In this document: piece after piece, positions 27,652 through 32,000 of the stretch | Numbering within the stretch: the stretch's first letter is position 1 | Layout: the number at the start of each line of letters is the position of its first letter | Source of the DNA: Desulfotalea psychrophila LSv54 | Lineage (GTDB): Bacteria > Desulfobacterota > Desulfobulbia > Desulfobulbales > Desulfocapsaceae | NCBI RefSeq assembly: GCF_000025945.1 | Contig: NC_006138.1 | Coordinates: 2,370,001 to 2,402,000, forward strand | Reading direction: 5' to 3' | DNA length: 32,000 bases | Notes under the pieces: model-generated | What the model saw: the letters and a program-made list of their open reading frames with translations, nothing else | Told to the model about the DNA's origin: nothing | The model's database searches: none | Made by a program: the position numbers and the translations under genes

Positions 27652-30600
27652 ATGAAAAATTTATTATTGATCGAAGTATTGGCTGGCGGAGAAGTTGTTG
27701 AACATCCTCTGACAATATCGGCGTCCTTTGGCGCCCAGGCGGGGGCGATTTACTCTGTCCTCGACCAGGACCATCGCATCCCGGACAATCTCATCATAAA
27801 ACGAAGCGGCGATAATCTTGACATTGAAATCGATGAAGAGCCTGTTGCCCAAATTGAAGATTTCTACGGTCAGGAGCTTGGGGCTAGATACAGTGTCGAT
27901 GGATCCCTGGCCCCCGCTGAGGGGATGGCCATCACTGACACCACAACGGCTGGCCCAACGGATGAAATCGTCTGGCAGGCCTCCGAGGGGGCAGAGTCAA
28001 TCAGCCCGTGGGTTTGGGCCGGTGGCCTGTTGGGTGCCGGCGGTATCGCCGTCGCAGCAGGCGGAGGCAGTTCAGATAGTAGCAGCTCAGTAGATAAGGG
28101 TAGTGATAGCCACGACGTCACCGTCAGGGGTGTTGCCGGTCCATTTCTGGCCACTTCCCATGCGATCGTTGAAGTTTACGATGGCCAGGGCAATCTGCTC
28201 GGCGGTGGTAAATTTGAGACCAGCGGCCAGGTTAAACTCACCATTGGCGACTATAAGGGGGCAATTCTTGTCAAGGTAATCGACAACAATGAGGGTGCAG
28301 GGGATTACCTTGATGAGGCCAGCGGCCTTTCTCTCAGCCTCGGTGCGCCCCTGCGCGCCATGGGCTATTCCGATGGAAACGGTGATGTCTATATCAGCGT
28401 CACCCCTCTGACCGAGCTTGCCGCCCGCCAGGCCGGCATCACCGGCAATGAGGTCAACGAAGCCGATCTTGCCGCCAACGACCAGATCGCAGAACTCTTT
28501 GCCGTTGAAGATATCCTGGCCCCCGTTGTCACCGTTGTCGAAGACGGCTACGACAGCAGCGACGAGATCAATGAGACGGCAGAACACTATGGTGAGATCC
28601 TCGCCCAGCTGTCCGGTGCCGATAGTACCACCACCGGAATGGCCAAGACCCTTGACCAACTGGAAAACGCCATCACCGAGCTGGGGGATGGAAAATTAGC
28701 CTTAAGTCAAGAGGGGGTTGAGCTACTCGCTGACGGTGTTGATGCCTTTACAAACGGAGTTAATGGCAATCGGGCTGACCTCGGGAACAGCCTCATTCAA
28801 CCTCCCCTGATCGAGGCGGCCAATGACGGTATTAATGCTGCCGACAAGGATGCCGGCATCCTTGTAAAAATATCTGGGGTAAAAGCTGATGACGGGGTCA
28901 GCCTCCAATGGGGAGAGCAAACGCAAGACTTTATCATTGCAGGCATAGATATCGATGACGAGGGAATGGCCTCCATCACCCTGCCCGCCAGTATTGTTGA
29001 GGCCGCAGGTGATGGCTCAACTGTCGTTCGCTATCAGATCAACGCCGGTGATATGAGTCCGGCCGTTATAATTGAGGTCGACACCATGGCACCAGATGCA
29101 CCGACCTTAGCCGAACTCATTACAACCGATCTGGACGACACTCTCATGAATGCTGCTGAGTCGCTATCAACAGACTTCCAAGCAACACTACCAACAACAG
29201 GTTCACTTGCAGTGGCAGGTGACAGCATCGAGTTGCTTCTTGATGGCAGCTCATTTGCAACAGCAAAGACGGTGATACTTTCTGCTGATGACATCACTAA
29301 CGGCTCTGTGAATTTCACTGTTACTAACGCTGATCTCGGTAGCGACGGTGCCAAGGCATTGACTACACAGTTAACCGATATGGCTGGCAATGTGGGCATT
29401 ATCAGCAATGCGATGGACTTCACCCTTGATACCACCCTACCAGCTGCACCGACCTTAGCCGAACTCACTAGCACCGATTTGGGCGACACTCTCATGAATG
29501 CTGCTGAGTCTCTATCAACAGACTTCCAAGCAACACTACCAACAACAGGTTCACTTGCAGTGGCAGGTGACAGCATCGAGTTGCTTCTTGATGGCAGCTC
29601 ATTTGCAACAGCAAAGACGGTGATACTTTCTGCAGACGACATCACTAACGGCTCTGTGAATTTCACTGTTACTAACGCTGATCTCGGTAGCGACGGTGCC
29701 AAGGCATTGACTACACAGTTAACCGATATGGCTGGCAATGTGGGCATTATCAGCAATGCGATGGACTTCACCCTTGATACCACCCTACCAGCTGCACCGA
29801 CCTTAGCCGAACTCACTAGCACCGATTTGGGCGACACTCTCATGAATGCTGCTGAGTCTCTATCAACAGACTTCCAAGCAACACTACCAACAACAGGTTC
29901 ACTTGCAGTGGCAGGTGACAGCATCGAGTTGCTTCTTGATGGCAGCTCATTTGCAACAGCAAAGACGGTGATACTTTCTGCAGACGACATCACTAACGGC
30001 TCTGTGAATTTCACTGTTACTAACGCTGATCTCGGTAGCGACGGTGCCAAGGCATTGACTACACAGTTAACCGATATGGCTGGCAATGTGGGCATTATCA
30101 GCAATGCGATGGACTTCACCCTTGATACCACCCTACCAGCTGCACCGACCTTAGCCGAACTCACTAGCACCGATCTGGGCGACACTCTCATGAATGCTGC
30201 TGAGTCGCTATCAACAGACTTCCAAGCAACACTACCAACAACAGGTTCACTTGCAGTGGCAGGTGACAGCATCGAGTTGCTTCTTGATGGCAGCTCATTT
30301 GCAACAGCAAAGACGGTGATACTTTCTGCAGACGACATCACTAACGGCTCTGTGAATTTCACTGTTACTAACGCTGATCTCGGTAGCGACGGTGCCAAGG
30401 CATTGACTACACAGTTAACCGATATGGCTGGCAATGTGGGCATTATCAGCAATGCGATGGACTTCACCCTTGATACCACCCTACCAGCTGCACCGACCTT
30501 AGCCGAACTCACTAGCACCGATCTGGGCGACACTCTCATGAATGCTGCTGAGTCGCTATCAACAGACTTCCAAGCAACACTACCAACAACAGGTTCACTT

Positions 30601-32000
30601 GCAGTGGCAGGTGACAGCATCGAGTTGCTTCTTGATGGCAGCTCATTTGCAACAGCAAAGACGGTGATACTTTCTGCTGATGACATCACTAACGGCTCTG
30701 TGAATTTCACTGTTACTAACGCTGATCTCGGTAGCGACGGTGCCAAGGCATTGACTACACAGTTAACCGATATGGCTGGCAATGTGGGCATTATCAGCAA
30801 TGCGATGGACTTCACCCTTGATACCACCCTACCAGCTGCACCGACCTTAGCCGAACTCACTAGCACCGATTTGGGCGACACTCTCATGAATGCTGCTGAG
30901 TCGCTATCAACAGACTTCCAAGCAACACTACCAACAACAGGTTCACTTGCAGTGGCAGGTGACAGCATCGAGTTGCTTCTTGATGGCAGCTCATTTGCAA
31001 CAGCAAAAACGGTGATACTTTCTGCTGATGACATCACTAACGGCTCTGTGAATTTCACTGTTACTGACGCTGATCTCGGTAGCGACGGTGCCAAGGCATT
31101 GACTACACAGTTAACCGATATTGCTGGCAATGTGGGCATTATCAGCAATGCGATGGACTTCACCCTTGATACCACCCTGGCAGCTGCACCGACCTTAGCC
31201 GAACTCACTAGCACCGATCTGGACGACGCTCTCATGAATGCTGCTGAGTCTCTATCAACAGACTTTCGAGCAACACTGCCAACAACAGGTTCACTTGCGG
31301 TAGAAGGTGACAGCATCGAGTTGCTTCTTGATGGTAGCTCATTTGCAACAGCAAAGACGGTGATACTTTCTGCTGATGACATTACTAACGGCTTTGTGAA
31401 TTTCACTGTTACTAACGCTGATCTCGGTAGCGACGGTGCCAAGGCATTGACTACACAGTTAACCGATATGGCTGGCAATCTGGGCATTATCAGCAATGCG
31501 ATGGACTTCACCCTTGATACCACCCTACCAGCTGCACCGACCTTAGCCGAGCTCACTAGCACCGATCTGGACGACACTCTCATTAATGCTGCTGAGTCTC
31601 TATCAACAGACTTTCGAGCAACACTGCCAACAACAGGTTCACTTGCAGTGGCAGGTGACAGCATCGAGTTGCTTCTTGATGGCAGTTCATTTGCAACAGC
31701 AAAGACGGTGATACTTTCTGCTGATGACATTACTAACGGCTTTGTGAATTTCACTGTTACTGACGCTGATCTCGGTAGCGACGGTGCCAAGGCATTGACT
31801 ACACAGTTAACCGATATGGCTGGCAATCTGGGCATTATCAGCAATGCGATGGACTTCACCCTTGATACCACCCTACCAGCTGCACCGACCTTAGCCGAAC
31901 TCACTAGCACCGATTTGGGCGACACTCTCATGAATGCTGCTGAGTCTCTATCAACAGACTTTCGAGCAACACTACCAACAACAGGTTCACTTGCGGTAGA
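27652..32000 (+). CDS. giant BapA/LapA-type repeat adhesin, 5-prime part only (continues past the window end)
   Basis: I translated the frame starting at ATG 27652 by hand through about 29,500 without meeting a stop, and the repeats then continue in the same frame. The N-terminus MKNLLLIEVLAGGEVV...LIIKRSGDNLDIEI...IEDFY looks like a BapA prefix domain. It is followed by a hydrophobic Gly-rich segment, WVWAGGLLGAGGIAVAAGGG, and then by Ig-like modules joined by the ..DxAGN....S....F.LDT..P.AP.. linker. It is missing from the ORF track because it has no stop in the window. Confidence 0.9.
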   Translation, partial: MKNLLLIEVLAGGEVVEHPLTISASFGAQAGAIYSVLDQDHRIPDNLIIKRSGDNLDIEIDEEPVAQIEDFYGQELGARYSVDGSLAPAEGMAITDTTTAGPTDEIVWQASEGAESISPWVWAGGLLGAGGIAVAAGGGSSDSSSSVDKGSDSHDVTVRGVAGPFLATSHAIVEVYDGQGNLLGGGKFETSGQVKLTIGDYKGAILVKVIDNNEGAGDYLDEASGLSLSLGAPLRAMGYSDGNGDVYISVTPLTELAARQAGITGNEVNEADLAANDQIAELFAVEDILAPVVTVVEDGYDSSDEINETAEHYGEILAQLSGADSTTTGMAKTLDQLENAITELGDGKLALSQEGVELLADGVDAFTNGVNGNRADLGNSLIQPPLIEAANDGINAADKDAGILVKISGVKADDGVSLQWGEQTQDFIIAGIDIDDEGMASITLPASIVEAAGDGSTVVRYQINAGDMSPAVIIEVDTMAPDAPTLAELITTDLDDTLMNAAESLSTDFQATLPTTGSLAVAGDSIELLLDGSSFATAKTVILSADDITNGSVNFTVTNADLGSDGAKALTTQLTDMAGNVGIISNAMDFTLDTTLPAAPTLAELTSTDLGDTLMNAAESLSTDFQATLPTTGSLAVAGDSIELLLDGSSFATAKTVILSADDITNGSVNFTVTNADLGSDGAKALTTQLTDMAGNVGIISNAMDFTLDTTLPAAPTLAELTSTDLGDTLMNAAESLSTDFQATLPTTGSLAVAGDSIELLLDGSSFATAKTVILSADDITNGSVNFTVTNADLGSDGAKALTTQLTDMAGNVGIISNAMDFTLDTTLPAAPTLAELTSTDLGDTLMNAAESLSTDFQATLPTTGSLAVAGDSIELLLDGSSFATAKTVILSADDITNGSVNFTVTNADLGSDGAKALTTQLTDMAGNVGIISNAMDFTLDTTLPAAPTLAELTSTDLGDTLMNAAESLSTDFQATLPTTGSLAVAGDSIELLLDGSSFATAKTVILSADDITNGSVNFTVTNADLGSDGAKALTTQLTDMAGNVGIISNAMDFTLDTTLPAAPTLAELTSTDLGDTLMNAAESLSTDFQATLPTTGSLAVAGDSIELLLDGSSFATAKTVILSADDITNGSVNFTVTDADLGSDGAKALTTQLTDIAGNVGIISNAMDFTLDTTLAAAPTLAELTSTDLDDALMNAAESLSTDFRATLPTTGSLAVEGDSIELLLDGSSFATAKTVILSADDITNGFVNFTVTNADLGSDGAKALTTQLTDMAGNLGIISNAMDFTLDTTLPAAPTLAELTSTDLDDTLINAAESLSTDFRATLPTTGSLAVAGDSIELLLDGSSFATAKTVILSADDITNGFVNFTVTDADLGSDGAKALTTQLTDMAGNLGIISNAMDFTLDTTLPAAPTLAELTSTDLGDTLMNAAESLSTDFRATLPTTGSLAV
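29098..32000 (+). repeat. tandem 348-bp (116-aa) coding repeats, 8 complete units plus a partial ninth
   Basis: The anchor gcaccgaccttagccga recurs at 29098, 29446, 29794, 30142, 30490, 30838, 31186, 31534 and 31882, an exact 348-bp period. Units differ by only a handful of substitutions. Confidence 0.95.

Noticed and set aside
29034-31931. 965-aa minus-strand ORF in the track, covering the whole repeat array
   Set aside because: It is antisense to the adhesin reading frame. Its product is a low-complexity Ser/Ala/Val-rich repeat with no start context. It stays open only because one stop-free antisense frame is copied eight times. The plus-strand frame has clear Ig-like adhesin features and continues from the ATG at 27652.
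29098-32000. Regular repeats as a possible CRISPR array
   Set aside because: The period is 348 bp with no unique spacers. The whole unit repeats and is in-frame coding sequence of an adhesin.

Overview
This window is an AT-rich bacterial chromosome segment that looks proteobacterial. Hand counts on single 60-nt lines give roughly 30-45% GC.

Ordinary genes:
- a secreted ADA2/ADGF-like adenosine deaminase lipoprotein and a neighbouring secreted protein
- the DEAH helicase HrpB
- a frameshifted NhaD Na+/H+ antiporter, tail-to-tail with an NhaR-like LysR regulator
- a two-subunit 2-oxoacid:ferredoxin oxidoreductase (KorAB type)
- a PD-(D/E)XK nuclease-like protein
- an amidohydrolase-fold protein that has lost its metal ligands

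The centre (about 10.4-20.9 kb) is a graveyard of mobile elements. It holds two inverted, decayed Tn3-family tnpA 3-prime remnants, one with a recognisable terminal inverted repeat. It also holds two IS1-family transposase tails, an rve/IS481-like transposase tail, a GNAT gene, a SemiSWEET pseudogene and two orphan intrinsic terminators.

Inside this graveyard sits a compositionally foreign operon (about 65% GC) on the minus strand. Its order is AMP-forming acyl/acetyl-CoA synthetase, 2-oxoacid dehydrogenase E1alpha, E1beta, E2, an acyl carrier protein, and after an 83-bp gap a lipoate-protein ligase. The first five genes are linked by overlapping stop/start codons. No E3 gene is present in the window. 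This ACP-linked, E3-less dehydrogenase module is the most interesting candidate system here.

The 3-prime end of the window is the start of a giant BapA/LapA-type adhesin on the plus strand. It runs off the window and is therefore missing from the ORF track. It contains at least eight near-identical 348-bp (116-aa) tandem Ig-like repeats.

I found no rRNA, tRNA or CRISPR array. All family calls come from reading motifs by eye; no database search was run.
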